Positions 52,901-64,000 of a DNA stretch of 64,000 nt are shown one piece after another. The position numbers and the translations under genes are program-made. Origin of the DNA: the human T2T-CHM13v2.0 reference genome, Homo sapiens; the NCBI RefSeq assembly GCF_009914755.1, contig NC_060932.1. One strand, 5' to 3'. Under the pieces are notes generated by a model. It was not told the origin of the DNA, ran no database searches, and saw only the letters and a program-made list of their open reading frames with translations. Each line of letters opens with the position of its first letter. The first letter of the stretch is position 1.

Positions 52901-55849
52901 AAATAGATATACCACTAGCCAGACTAATAAAGAAGAAAAGAGAGAAGAATCAAATAGATGCAATAAAAAATGATAAAGGGGATATAACCACTGATCCCAC
53001 AGAAATACAAACTATCATCAGAAAATACTATCATCAGAATACACCTCCACACAAACTAAAATCTAGAAGAAATAGATAAATTCCTGGACACATACACCCT
53101 CCCAAGACAATATACCAGAAAGAAGTCGAATCCCTTAATAGACCACTAACAAGTGCTGAAATTGAGGCAGTAATTAACAGCCTACAAAACAAAAAAAGTT
53201 CAGCACCAGACAGATTCACAGCTGAATTTTACCTGAGGTACAAAGAGGAGCTGGTACCATTACTTCTGAAGCTATTCCAAACAATAGAAAAAGAGGGAAT
53301 CCTCCCAAACTCATTCTATGAGGCCACCATCATCCTGATACCAAAACCTGGCAGAGATAAAACAAACAAACAAAAAATTTCAGGCCAATATCCCTGATGA
53401 ACATCAATGCAAAAATCCTCAACAAAATACTGGCAAACTGAAGCCAGCAGCACAGCAAAAAGCTTATCCACCAAGATCAAGTCAGCTTCATCCCTGGGAT
53501 GCAAGGCTGATTTAACATATGCAAATCAATAAACATAATTCATCACATAAACAGAACCAATGACAAAAACCACATGATTATCTCAATAGATGCAGAAAAG
53601 GCCTTCGACAAAATTCAACACCCTTCATGCTAAAAACTCTCAATAAACTAGGTATCAATGGAACATATCTCAAAATAATAAGAGCTATTTATGACAAACC
53701 CACAGCCAATATCATACTGAATGGACAAAAACTAGAAGCATTTCCTTTGAAAACTGGTACAAGACACCACTCCTATTCAACATGCCTTCTGTCACCACTC
53801 CCATTCAACATACTATTGGAAGTTCTGGCCAGGGCAATCAGGCAAGAGAAAGAAATAAAGGGTATTCAAATAGAAAGAGAGGAAGTCGAATTGTCTCTGT
53901 TTGCAGGTGACATGATTATCTATTTAGAAAACCCCATCCTCTCAGCCCAAAATCTCCTTAAGCTGATAAGCAAATTCAGCAAAGTCTCAGGATACAAAAT
54001 CAATGTGCAAAAATTACAAGCATTCCTATACACCAATAACAGACAAACAGAGACACAAATCATGAGTGAGCTCCCATTCATAAGTGCTACAAAGAGATTG
54101 AAATACCTAGGAATACAACTTACATGGGATGTAAAGGACCTCTTCAAGGAGAACTACAAACCACTGCTCAAGGAAATAAGAGAGGACACAAACAAAGGGA
54201 AAAATATTCCATGCTTATGATTAGGAACAATCAATATCATGAAAATGGCCATACTGCCCAAAGTAATTTAAAGATTTAATGCCATCCCCATCAAGCTACC
54301 AATGACTTTCTTCACAGAATTGGAAAAAAACTACTTTAAACTGCATATGGAACCAAAAAAGTGCCTGCATAGCCAAGACAATCCTGGGTAAGAAGAACAA
54401 AGCTGGAGGCATCACACTACCTGACTTCAAAGTATACTACAAGGCTATAGTAACCAAAACAGCATGGTACTGGTACCAAAACAGATATATAGACCAATGG
54501 AACAGAACAGAGTCCTCAGAAACAAAACCACACATCTACAACAATCTGATTTTTGACAAACCTGACAAAAACAAGCAATGGGGAAAAGATTCCCTATTTA
54601 ATAAATGTTGTTCAGAGAACTGGCTAACCATATGCAGAAAACTGAAACTGGACCCCTTCCTTATACCCTATACAAAAATCAACTCAAGATGGATCAAAGA
54701 CTTAAACTTAAGACCTAGGACCATAAAAATCCTGGAAGAAAACCTGGGCAATACCATTCAGGACATAGGCATCGGCAAAGACTTCATGTCTAAAACACCA
54801 AAAGCTATGGCAACAAAAGCCAAAATTGACAAATGCGATCTAACTTAACTAAAGAGCTTCTGCACTGCAAAAGAAACTATCATCAGAGTGAACAGCCAAC
54901 CTACAGAATGGGAGAAAATTTTTGCAATCTATCCATCTGACAAAGGGCTAATATCCAGAATCTACAAAAAACTTAAACAAATTTACAAGAAAAAAACAAA
55001 CAACACCATCAAAAAGTGGGCGAAGGATATGAACAGACACTTCTCAAAAGAAGACATTTATGCAGCCAACAGACATATGGAAAAATGCTCATCATTAGTG
55101 GTCATTAGAGAAATGCCAATCAAAACCACAATGAGATACAATCTCATGCCAGTTAGAATGGTGATTATTAAAAAGTCAGGAAACAACAGATGCTAGAGAG
55201 GATGTGGAGAAATAGGGGTGCTTTCACACTGTTAGTGGGAATGTAAATTAGTTCTACCATTGTGGAAGACACTGTGGTGATTCCTCAAGGATCTAAAACT
55301 AGAAATACCATTTCACCCAGCAATCCCATTACTGGGTATATACCCAAAGGATTATAAATCATGCTGCTATAAAGACACATGCACACTTATGTTTACTGCA
55401 GCACTATTCACAATATCAAAGACTTGGAACCAACCTAAATGTCCATCAATAATAGATTGGATAAAGAAAATGTGGCACATATACACCATGGAACACTATG
55501 CAGCCATAAAAAAGGATGAGTTCATGTCCTTTGCAGGGACATGGATGAAGCTGGAAATCATCATTCTTAGCAAACTATTACAAGAACAGAAAACCAAACA
55601 CTGCATGTTCTCACTCATAAGTGGGAGTTGAACAATGAGAATGCATGGACATAGGGAGGGGAACATCATCCACCGGGGCCTGTCAGGGGGTGGTGGGCTA
55701 GGGGAGGGATAACATTAGGAGAAATACCTGACGTAGATGACGGGTTGATGAGTGCAGGAAGCCACCATGGCACGTGTATACCTATGTAACAAAACTGCAC
55801 GTTCTGCACATGCACCCAAGAACTTATATTATAATAAAAATAAAAAAAA
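49953..55849 (+). mobile_element. Near full-length L1 (L1PA6/7-like), degenerate, with an internal deletion
   Basis: 5'UTR gatggctgaatagga..., ORF1 remnant from ~51246, ORF2 remnants ([16 protein letters not shown]), 3'UTR and A-tail; candidate TSD ttaagagt (49945-52, 55850-57). Confidence 0.92.
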
Positions 55850-56082
55850 TTAAGAGTCAAAGAAACTGAACTGTAATCCCCATTTTTATCACTTTTTTGT
55901 GATCAAGTCATTTCACTCACCATTTCATTCATGAGTTCCCTATCTACATACTTGAGCAAATGAGATAGTGAACATAGTGTGCTTTGCAAAGTAAAACGCA
56001 TGATACAGAATATATAATATCATCATTACCAACAAGATCTTAAGTTTAATCACATCTAGACATCTGGTGTCTCTTTCCTCAC

Positions 56083-56340
56083 CTTCTTATGGTTGTAGAT
56101 TTCACCACTGTAACAGAGCCACAAATATGGATATTTCTTCACTTGAATTGGCTGCATTCCAAACAGCGGTTCTGGTGAAATCCAAAGCAGCTATTGGTGT
56201 ATCCACTGACATTCTCAAAACAGAATGCATCTGGACCCCTGTGTGCAATCTACATAGCACTCAGACACTGAACAGAAAGGCGGTCATCACTGCCAAACAG
56301 GGCCAAATGCCACACGTGGTGGAATGAAGCTATAAGCTCT
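56083..56340 (-). pseudogene. ASNS-like exon 3 (first coding exon)
   Basis: ACG(56317) [30 protein letters not shown]...EIYNHKK; start codon lost, TAG at 56250-52, ~13-bp deletion. Confidence 0.94.
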
Positions 56341-56944
56341 CTATGGAGAGAAAAGCAGACAAATAAAAAATATTCAATATCCAATCCAAGTCTGCATTCA
56401 ATCTTGATTCCAGAAACGTGCTTAAACCACTTCAAAGACTAAAATTTAAACCATCTTTTCTGTAGCGATCTCCCATCAGGTTGGTAGACACACGGGAGTA
56501 GAGAATAATTTAATTTACTTAACTAGTATTCAGAAAAGATAGTGACCTCTACATTCAACCAGCTATAGCAGCTTAGCACCCAGCCAAAGCCTGCATCTCT
56601 CCCACCTTAGGATTCAGTGGTTGGCTAGAGCTGGCAGCATCCAGGCCACATCTGTCTCTGCATTCTAAGTCTGCTTCCAAGATACAGATACAAATGCAGG
56701 CTGGCTCCAACCTAGCCAGAGATCCCAGCCCCACTCTCTCCATCCCCAAATCCCTCAAAGATCCAAGAGACTTTCCAGATTACTAGAGTCTCCTCTCAGA
56801 TTCTCTTGACAGTTAAATGCCCTCTCTTTACTGAACTAGCTGCAGGTAGAATATAATGGGTACAACAGAAAATCATACTGCTGTAAATGCAATACTAAGA
56901 TACACAGGTCTTTTAAGTATTTCACTATATTACATCTAGCTTAC

Positions 56945-56980
56945 CTCTAAGTGATTTATTCAGGTGTGATTGAAGAAAGT
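56945..56980 (-). pseudogene. ASNS-like exon 2 (36-bp 5'UTR exon)
   Basis: tttag|ACTTTCTTCAATCACACCTGAATAAATCACTTAGAG|gtaagc, matching the ASNS 5'UTR. Confidence 0.85.
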
Positions 56981-58049
56981 CTAAAGGGAAAATAAAGCAA
57001 TTTAATTTGATATCAGATATCCTGGCTATAACAAATAAAACATTCTAAGTTGACAGAAGATACAAAATGTTTGCTATCAAAATATTCTGACTGACAAAAA
57101 TGTTCTCAAATATTTCTGTCTGAAAGTTGCATTGTTTAGGAAGGAAGCCAAGTAGGTGGGACATATACAGCAACAACATTTCTAAAAAAAAAAAAAAAAA
57201 CAACTGGGCTCCTTCCTATAAACCTGGAAGCAAATAAATCATCCTTACATACATCAATTAACTTCCAACTTCAAACTCTCAACTGTGAAATAAAGGGCTG
57301 TTTTATTTGGCTGCTGCCAGCTCAAAATGACTGCTTTTACTAAAACATCTCTAACTTGAAAAATAACTATTTTTTTTTAACTGCAAATTGCAGCAAATAG
57401 CCAGATAATTTGGGATAAACACCCTAAGGAAAAAATATATATTCAAGCTGCATAAGTCAGTTTGAGCAATCCTTTGAAGATATTTCATTTATATCTAAAT
57501 AAAACAAAGGTTTAGCTGGCTTTTCTGGAAAACCAGAACCAAATAATATATGATTATAATGAAAATCATCTCAAGTAATTTGGAAATGAACTACCACATG
57601 TCCTAATGCTGTCCCTTCCATGCACTTGACCAAATAGCCTATAATAGCCTATAACAAATTACTTACTTTGAGATTTAGTGGGAAAATTCTATGAGATTTA
57701 AATGAGATGACTACTAATAAGCCATCTGTCTTTGACTCTGTACCAATTAAAAATGGGTTAGGAAATTGCTTTGAAAATCAAGTGTGGTCATCAGGGAATC
57801 ATTTACCTAAGTCTTCTTAATGCTGCTTAGTGAATATTTAGCGTGCTATAGTAAATACAAGCTAACCACTAAATTGGAGGGGAAGGAGGGAGAACAAAGA
57901 GGCATGTAAAATATACTTATTTTTTCTAGTAGGAAAAAGCCAATTAAAACTGTCACCTATTTTTATTGTAATCAGTCTTAAAGGTTGGCAAACTTCCTAC
58001 TGCCGCTACCTGTTTTCAATATTTTTCTTATTTCTTCCTAAACTTCTGG

Positions 58050-58350
58050 AGCAGGGCTGTCCAATAAATATGTGAGTCACGTATGTAATTTTAAATATAC
58101 TAGTAGCCCCATTAAAAAAAAGGTGAAATTAATTTTAAGTATACTTAACTCAATATGTCCCAAATAGTATCACTTTAACATGTAATCAATATAAAAAATT
58201 ATCAAGCAGATATTTTGCACTGTTCTTCTTACTCCAATGACAAAATCCAATGTATTTAACACAACACATCTCAATTAGGACTAGCCACCATTTCAAGTGC
58301 TCAACAGTTACAGGTGGCTAGCGCCTACCGAATTGGACTTCGCACTTACA
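58050..58350. mobile_element. MER33-like hAT remnant
   Basis: cagggctgtccaata...gactagccaccatttcaagtgctcaa...gtggctag..ctaccgaattggac. Confidence 0.7.
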
Positions 58351-59354
58351 GTGCATTTAATTTCTATTCCACTTAGCGCTACTTAAAACTTCACCCTCTC
58401 ACCTTACTTTTTTTATGTTAAGATCTCAGTAAGTAACGAACTACAGACAGGTTCAAGCCCTACTTTACCTCTAATTACTCTTACAGCAATGCAATGAATC
58501 GTGATTTAAAATTAAAAAAAAAAAAACTGCTGTTAAATTATTAGTCAAGCGCCCAGGGCAACGGACAGTAAAGAAATAATGTAGGCCATGGGCCGAGATG
58601 AAAACTATCCTTTTATTTAAAGCTATAACAATAATCTACAGCCAGTCCTGTAAAATAGACATCCATTGAAAAAGCCATGCTAATTCTTTTGCTTTTTCTG
58701 TACTTGGCTTCCTGTGTCCCTAAACAGACCTCTTCTCTCAGGGTTTGCTCAGCACGTCACTTGTTGAGTCTTGCAGTCTACAGAGAGGGGTGGGTACCGG
58801 GGTGGCAGAGGAGTGAGAGGAAAGGAGGCATGGTGAGGGAGTCCAGGTGAGGAGGGAGGCAGTTTAAGGGGAAAGCACAGACACCGAGGTGGTGATAAAG
58901 CCGGAGTCTCTGCTTCCTAGATCAGGACCACAGACACCTGACTGTGCCCTAGCCATGTGCACGCTCCCACCTGTCCGAAACAGAGGCTCTGGACTGGGAA
59001 AATGTCCACAGGCTTCGATGCCACATAGTAAAAAAAGTACATATATAACATTTACAGGGGCTCAGGCCGCCGCTGCCTTCTCTCTGGAGTAGCTCTGCCT
59101 CCCGGCCATGGTTCCCTTCATGCCTCAGTGTACCAGGACAGAGAGGTCCTTCCGCACCCTCTTGCTGCCAGGTGCGCAACAATAGCTGGGCGTCCGCCCC
59201 GCCCTCTCTACCGCAGGAGCCACAGCGTCCGCCCTCGCCCCCAAGCCGCGTCTGCCGGGTGCCAAGCTGAAGAGCGCATCCTCGCCTCCTTCCTCCCGGG
59301 GCAGCCCCAGAGCACGCGAGGAGGGTGCTGCGCGGGACGCGGGGGTCGGCTCAC

Positions 59355-59411
59355 CAGGGCGCAAACAGGTCAGGGCGATGTGGGCAGTGGAGGCCAGGGC
59401 TGTGGACAGCA
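59355..59411 (-). pseudogene. ASNS-like exon 1 (5'UTR)
   Basis: Donor GCCCTG|gtgagc; TSS position inferred from NSRE-1 at -68. Confidence 0.75.
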
Positions 59412-59435
59412 TGCCGGCGGCGGGGCTGCTGGCGC

Positions 59436-59479
59436 TTATACCGGCTGGGCTGCTGTAATGCGTGCGGGAAGTTTCATCA
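59436..59479 (-). promoter_or_regulatory. Nutrient-sensing unit: NSRE-1 TGATGAAAC (59471-79), variant NSRE-2 ATTACA (59454-59), TATAA (59436-40)
   Basis: Reverse complement gcaTGATGAAACttcccgcacgcATTACAgcagcccagccggTATAAgcg; 11-bp spacer as in ASNS. Confidence 0.9.
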
Positions 59480-59821
59480 TGCCTGCGAGGATCAACCAGC
59501 GCGTGCAGAGGCGGGGCTCGCGGGGCGGCTGGGGCGGGGCGGGACTAAGAGGGGCAGCGGGAGGCAGCAAGAAGGCATTCTTTTGTTTCCATCGCCTTCT
59601 GTTTCTCAGTGCGCGTGTTAAAGGACAGCCTCAGAGATCTGCCCAGGTTACCCGCTGTTCTGACAATTAGGGAGTCTTCTGCACTTGGTTTGTTCTTAGG
59701 GAAATCGTCACCGTTTTTTGTTGCACTACCGTCTGATTTATTATGGAGTGCAGAGAAAAGCTTGTCCTCAGAAACTGATGCGTAAGGCCTAAAATGTCCT
59801 TATAAAATATATTAATAAATC

Positions 59822-60090
59822 GGAGTCAGGAGTGGTGGCTCACGCCCATAATCCCAACATTTTGCGAGGCCAAGGCAAGAGGATCACTTGAAACCAGGAG
59901 TTCAAGACCAGCCTGGGAAACACAGCGAGATCACACATCTACAAAAAAATGGTGGCACACCCTTTAGTCCCAGCAACTCAGAAGGCTGAGGCAGAAGGAT
60001 AACTTGAGCCCAAGAGTTTGAGGCTGCGGTGAGCTCCACTCCAGCGAGGGTGACAAAGTGAGACTCCCATCTCTAAAACAATAAAAGAAA
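59822..60090 (+). mobile_element. AluJ
   Basis: Diverged dimeric Alu with small internal deletions. Confidence 0.85.
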
Positions 60091-61137
60091 ATCTAAATCT
60101 AATTGATTCATGAAGCCAAAACACATCAGTGGTCCTTAAACATTTTAAGTACAAAGATTCCTTTTACAATCTCAAAAAGGATTTTGTCAACCTACATCCA
60201 CAGATGATTATGTGCTTTTAAGTATCTCTTTGATGAACAAAAGACATCACAATTTTTAAAAAGTATCATAACACTCTTAAATCATATTTTACTAATTACA
60301 TCAGCACCAAAATAAATTGAGAAATAGTAAAATTATATGTGCACGACCTACTAAGATCAGACTACAGTCAATGCTTGGAGAGAATGCAGGTTTGATATCC
60401 CCATACAATGCATTCCCCACTAAATAAAAAATGCCAACGATATAAAATCCCTAAGCACAGAAGATGGAGTAGATTTTGGTAGTTATAGGCAAGAGTAAAG
60501 ATAAGAGATGACTTGTTCTAAGGTTCATTCTTGCTGGAAAGTTTTCAGCATCAAACAGATTTTGCTGTATCCTAATTGATGTATTTTAAACCTGAGAGCA
60601 ATGTGGGAAAGTAGGTCTTCTATCTACATTTAAAGATGAGAAAACAAGACTCAGATAAGTTGAGGGATTTATCCAAACACAGTTTCAGAACAATAAAGAA
60701 TTGTGTCATAATCTGTGTAAACCCATTTCCAAGGTGTCCATTTCCCGTAGCACCTTGCCTATGTAGTGGAAGATGGGTTCTCCTACTTCATGTGTTATCT
60801 GGTGTGGTTGGTTGTGCTGCTTATCTCCTGCTTGTCCCTCCAGAGCTCTACTGTTCTCCACCTCACTTTCTGTCCTGGCTCCCTTGCCCTCCTCTTTCAG
60901 GGAGAGTGTGTGAAAGAAGACATTTCAAGGAGATGCAAAAGGTGGGATGGAGTAGTCTCAGGACATTTAGCCGCCTGGCTCCCTGACCTCAAAGCTCATC
61001 TCAAGAAGACCACAGTTCCTGTTACCTGACCCTTCCCACACCTCCTTTTCTTCAGATTTTAGGAACTGCTTCCTATTCAGCTACTCTATCACAATGCTAC
61101 TTGCTTTCTCGCTCTAGGATCTGTTAAAACAAAATTG

Positions 61138-61265
61138 AGCTGGGTGCAGTGTTTCACGCCTATAATTCCAGCACTTTGGGAGCCCAAGGCAAGAGGGTGG
61201 CCTGAGGCCAGGAGTTCAAGACCAGCCTGAGCAACATAGTGAGACCCACCCCCATCCCTGGTCTC
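61138..61265 (+). mobile_element. Alu monomer (FLAM-like)
   Basis: gctgggtgcagtg..tcacgcctataattccagcactttggga...gcaacatagtgagacc. Confidence 0.75.
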
Positions 61266-61454
61266 ACACACATACATACGTGCACAAATTAAATTTAATT
61301 TAAAAATTAGAAATTTGTTTTAAAAGTGAAATATTTACATGGATTACGTATGTATTCATTTTGGAGAACTATAGATCCCATAGAACCGGGAACGCTTTAC
61401 TCTTTGAACAAAACATTTATTTAGCCACAAATAAACGAAGACCAGTGATTTAGC

Positions 61455-61456
<2 letters not shown>

Positions 61457-61503
<47 letters not shown>
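61457..61503. repeat. (CA)n microsatellite
   Basis: Perfect CA run of ~23 units. Confidence 0.97.
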
Positions 61504-61507
<4 letters not shown>

Positions 61508-62251
61508 AAAACACTGGTTAGGCTGGGGCAGGGGTTGGAGGAAGAGATCTAAAACATTAAAATGTTATTGGGAAAGACCACTAATTAGAATCAGAATAAT
61601 TACTGCTTTAAAGTATTTAAGAATAGAGCACAATGAACCCAGAGAAGAACTAGATACGATTCAGAGTAGAGCTCACAGAGCAGAAGGTATCTGAGCTGAG
61701 ACTGATAGAATAACACTAATAAGGACATTTGCTGTCATTTATTATCTCTTAACTGCAGTGCGTTTTGTATATGTTATTTCCACTCTTCACATCAACCGTG
61801 GAAAATAATAATTATTCTTCTCTTGTGAAGTTAAGGAAGTGGTAAGTGGTCTAAGAAGATAAATTAACATACCAATACCAAACAACTCAAGTTCCGTGAC
61901 TCAGGACTGCCCGTGTCTTCCCAAGAGGTTCCGTAGCATGCAAACCAGGTAGAGAGAGCCCTTCCAAGAAGTGACAGTGAGATGTGAAAGGTCTCAGTGT
62001 GTCTCTGAGAACAACAGAAACCAGTAAGTAGACCAGGCGGAAAAAGCCAAGGAATGGGCAAGGATTTCTTCTTAAGAGAGCAAGAAGAATAAACAGAGCA
62101 GGACTGAGAGAAGCCATGGGAAATGGGCAGAACACCATGCATTTAGCGAGAAAAAATAACTTTTACTTTAGAACAGAAAAGAGGGAAAGAATGGTAGTGG
62201 TCTCGGTAAACCTAGAAAAGGAAAGGGCAGCGGGGAAAAAATAAACGAGGT

Positions 62252-62830
62252 GTATTAGTCAGGGTTCTCCAGAGGGACAGAACCAATAGGATACACGTAT
62301 ATGTAAAAGGGAGTTTACTAGAGAGAATTGGCTCACACGATTACAAGGCAAAGTCTCACAATAGGTTGTCTGCCAGCTGGGGAAAGAGACAAGCTAGTAG
62401 TGGCTCAGTCCAAGTCCAGAAGCCTCAAAACCAGGGAAGTCCACAGTGCAGTCTTCAGTCTGAGGCTGAGGGCCTGAGAGTCCTGGGTAAGCTGCTGGTG
62501 CAAGTCCCAGAGTCCAAAGGCAGAAGAACCTGGAGTCTGATGTCTAAGGGCAGAAGGAACAGAAGCAAGCATCCTGCATGGGAAGGAGGAAAAAGGACAG
62601 CCAGAAGCCTCAGCTAGCAAAGTTATCCCAGCTTCCTCCACTTGCTTTGTTCTAGCTGCTCTGACATGTGATTGACTGGTGCCCACCCACCTTGAGGGTG
62701 GGTCTTCCTTCCCAGTCCTCCAACACAAAAGTCAATCTCCTCTGGCAACACCCTCACGAACACACTCAGGAACAATACTCTAGGCAGTTCTCAGTCCAAT
62801 CAAGTTGACACCTAATATTTACCATCATAC
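62252..62830. mobile_element. MLT2 (ERVL) solo LTR
   Basis: tgtattagtcagggttctccagagggacagaaccaatagga ... caatcaagttgacacctaatatttaccatca. Confidence 0.85.
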
Positions 62831-63289
62831 AAGATTTATAAGCTAAGTATGTCGATGATGATAAATAAGTGCTGTGGAGAAAAACAGCTGAGAAGAGAAA
62901 AGAAATGCGAAGGAGAGTTTACAAGTTTTAGAATAATTCATACTTATAGGCCACTGTTTTTCATAAAAAACAAGAGGCTCATCTTCTGCAGGTACTGAAG
63001 GGTTTGAGATGTTGTGAGGGTGAACTTGAAAATAACAGGCAAATATCAGAGTTAATGAGGGGAAAAGGAAAAGATGGGTGGGCATCATGGTGGTCCAGCA
63101 AAGGAGGAAAACCCAAGCATGAATGTGGACTGGCGACGTCGGGGAGGGCAGAGCCTCCAACAACACAGGGCAGTCTGAGAGCCAGTGTCAAGACATGGAG
63201 GGAATGGATCCAGGTTCTGTGTTTGGAAGAGTGTGTGTGGAAGAAGGATAAGAGGGCTCAGGAGCACAGGTGCAGTGAGTGTGCTTCTG

Positions 63290-63690
63290 CAGGGATACAC
63301 TTTTGGTATGTTCTATTATTGCTCAAAAATATGCAATGCACCTCTCTGGGGGAGGATTATACTATATCTAACCCATTGATATCAGCATAGCCAGGTGACT
63401 TGCTATTGCCAATGAAACATGAGCAGAAGTGACAGGTGTCACTTGTAAGCAGAAATTATAAGAACCATGATGTAGCTCAACACCATCTCTTTTTCCTCTG
63501 CCAGCATTCCAGGTAGGAGCAACTCCACCAACCAAGGGCCCAGAATGAGAATTATGTTGAGAAGGGTCACAGCCTACCCATGATCAATATGTAGCTGAAG
63601 TAAGCAAACAAACTTTTCTGGGTGTATGTGTCTGAGACTTGGGAGTCATTTGTAACCGCAGCATAACCCAATCTAAACTGGCTAATAGAG
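63290..63690. mobile_element. Old MLT1 MaLR LTR
   Basis: gtgacttgctattgccaatgaaa..tgagcagaagtgac...tttgtaaccgcagcataacc. Confidence 0.6.
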
Positions 63691-64000
63691 CTTAAATATT
63701 TTAAGTTGGAAGGGAAATAAGTAAAGCCAGAAGTGACCTAATTTGTTGAAAGTGTAACAGGGGCTGATGATTAGAGGCTTGGTTGCAGGCTAGAGAAGTA
63801 TAGGGCTGAAAAAGACAGATGAACTGGACATTTTCATGGGCAAGGAATGTATAATTTTATAGCATTAGATAAAATGGTGAATGTAAGATTATCGAGCCCA
63901 GGTTCCTGAATATAATGTGTGTTAAATAAACAAAAGCCTTCCTCTAACAGAATTCCCCTAAGCATTTCCAGGTTATGGCCTGTCCAGCCACAGATATGCC

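Larger units (their letters stand above)
59050..59620. promoter_or_regulatory. CpG island of the ASNS-derived promoter
   Basis: GC- and CpG-rich block in an AT-rich background; GC boxes (ggggcggggcggg) at ~59510-59545. Confidence 0.85.

Noticed and set aside
59125-59670. 180-aa and overlapping ORFs
   Set aside because: Stop-poor GC-rich CpG island; no recognisable protein.

Overview
Primate (almost certainly human-type) genomic DNA with no intact protein-coding gene. The main feature is a complete, unprocessed asparagine synthetase pseudogene on the minus strand (~20975-59411). All 13 exons, the CpG-island promoter and the polyA signal are recognisable; it is probably ASNSP1 or a close paralogue. 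The copy has been expanded by three large insertions. (1) A 9.8-kb HERV-K(HML-8)/MER11-type provirus (22065-31834, 6-bp TSD ACAGTT) sits in an intron that was only ~85 bp. (2) A near full-length L1PA6/7-like element. (3) A 5'-inverted L1PA2-like element nested in a Tigger4 remnant. The most unusual observation is that both proviral LTRs carry the same AluY insertion, with the same site, TSD and shared private mutations. This suggests the Alu was copied through a retroviral replication cycle. Also notable: an originally in-frame 37-codon duplication in gag matrix, an RNaseH/integrase deletion, and a pseudogene promoter that keeps the ATF4 element NSRE-1 but has a point-mutated NSRE-2. The remainder is ordinary Alu, L1, MaLR, LTR12 and DNA-transposon debris. 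Repeat subfamily calls and ASNS comparisons are from memory of the consensus sequences, and divergence values are hand counts.
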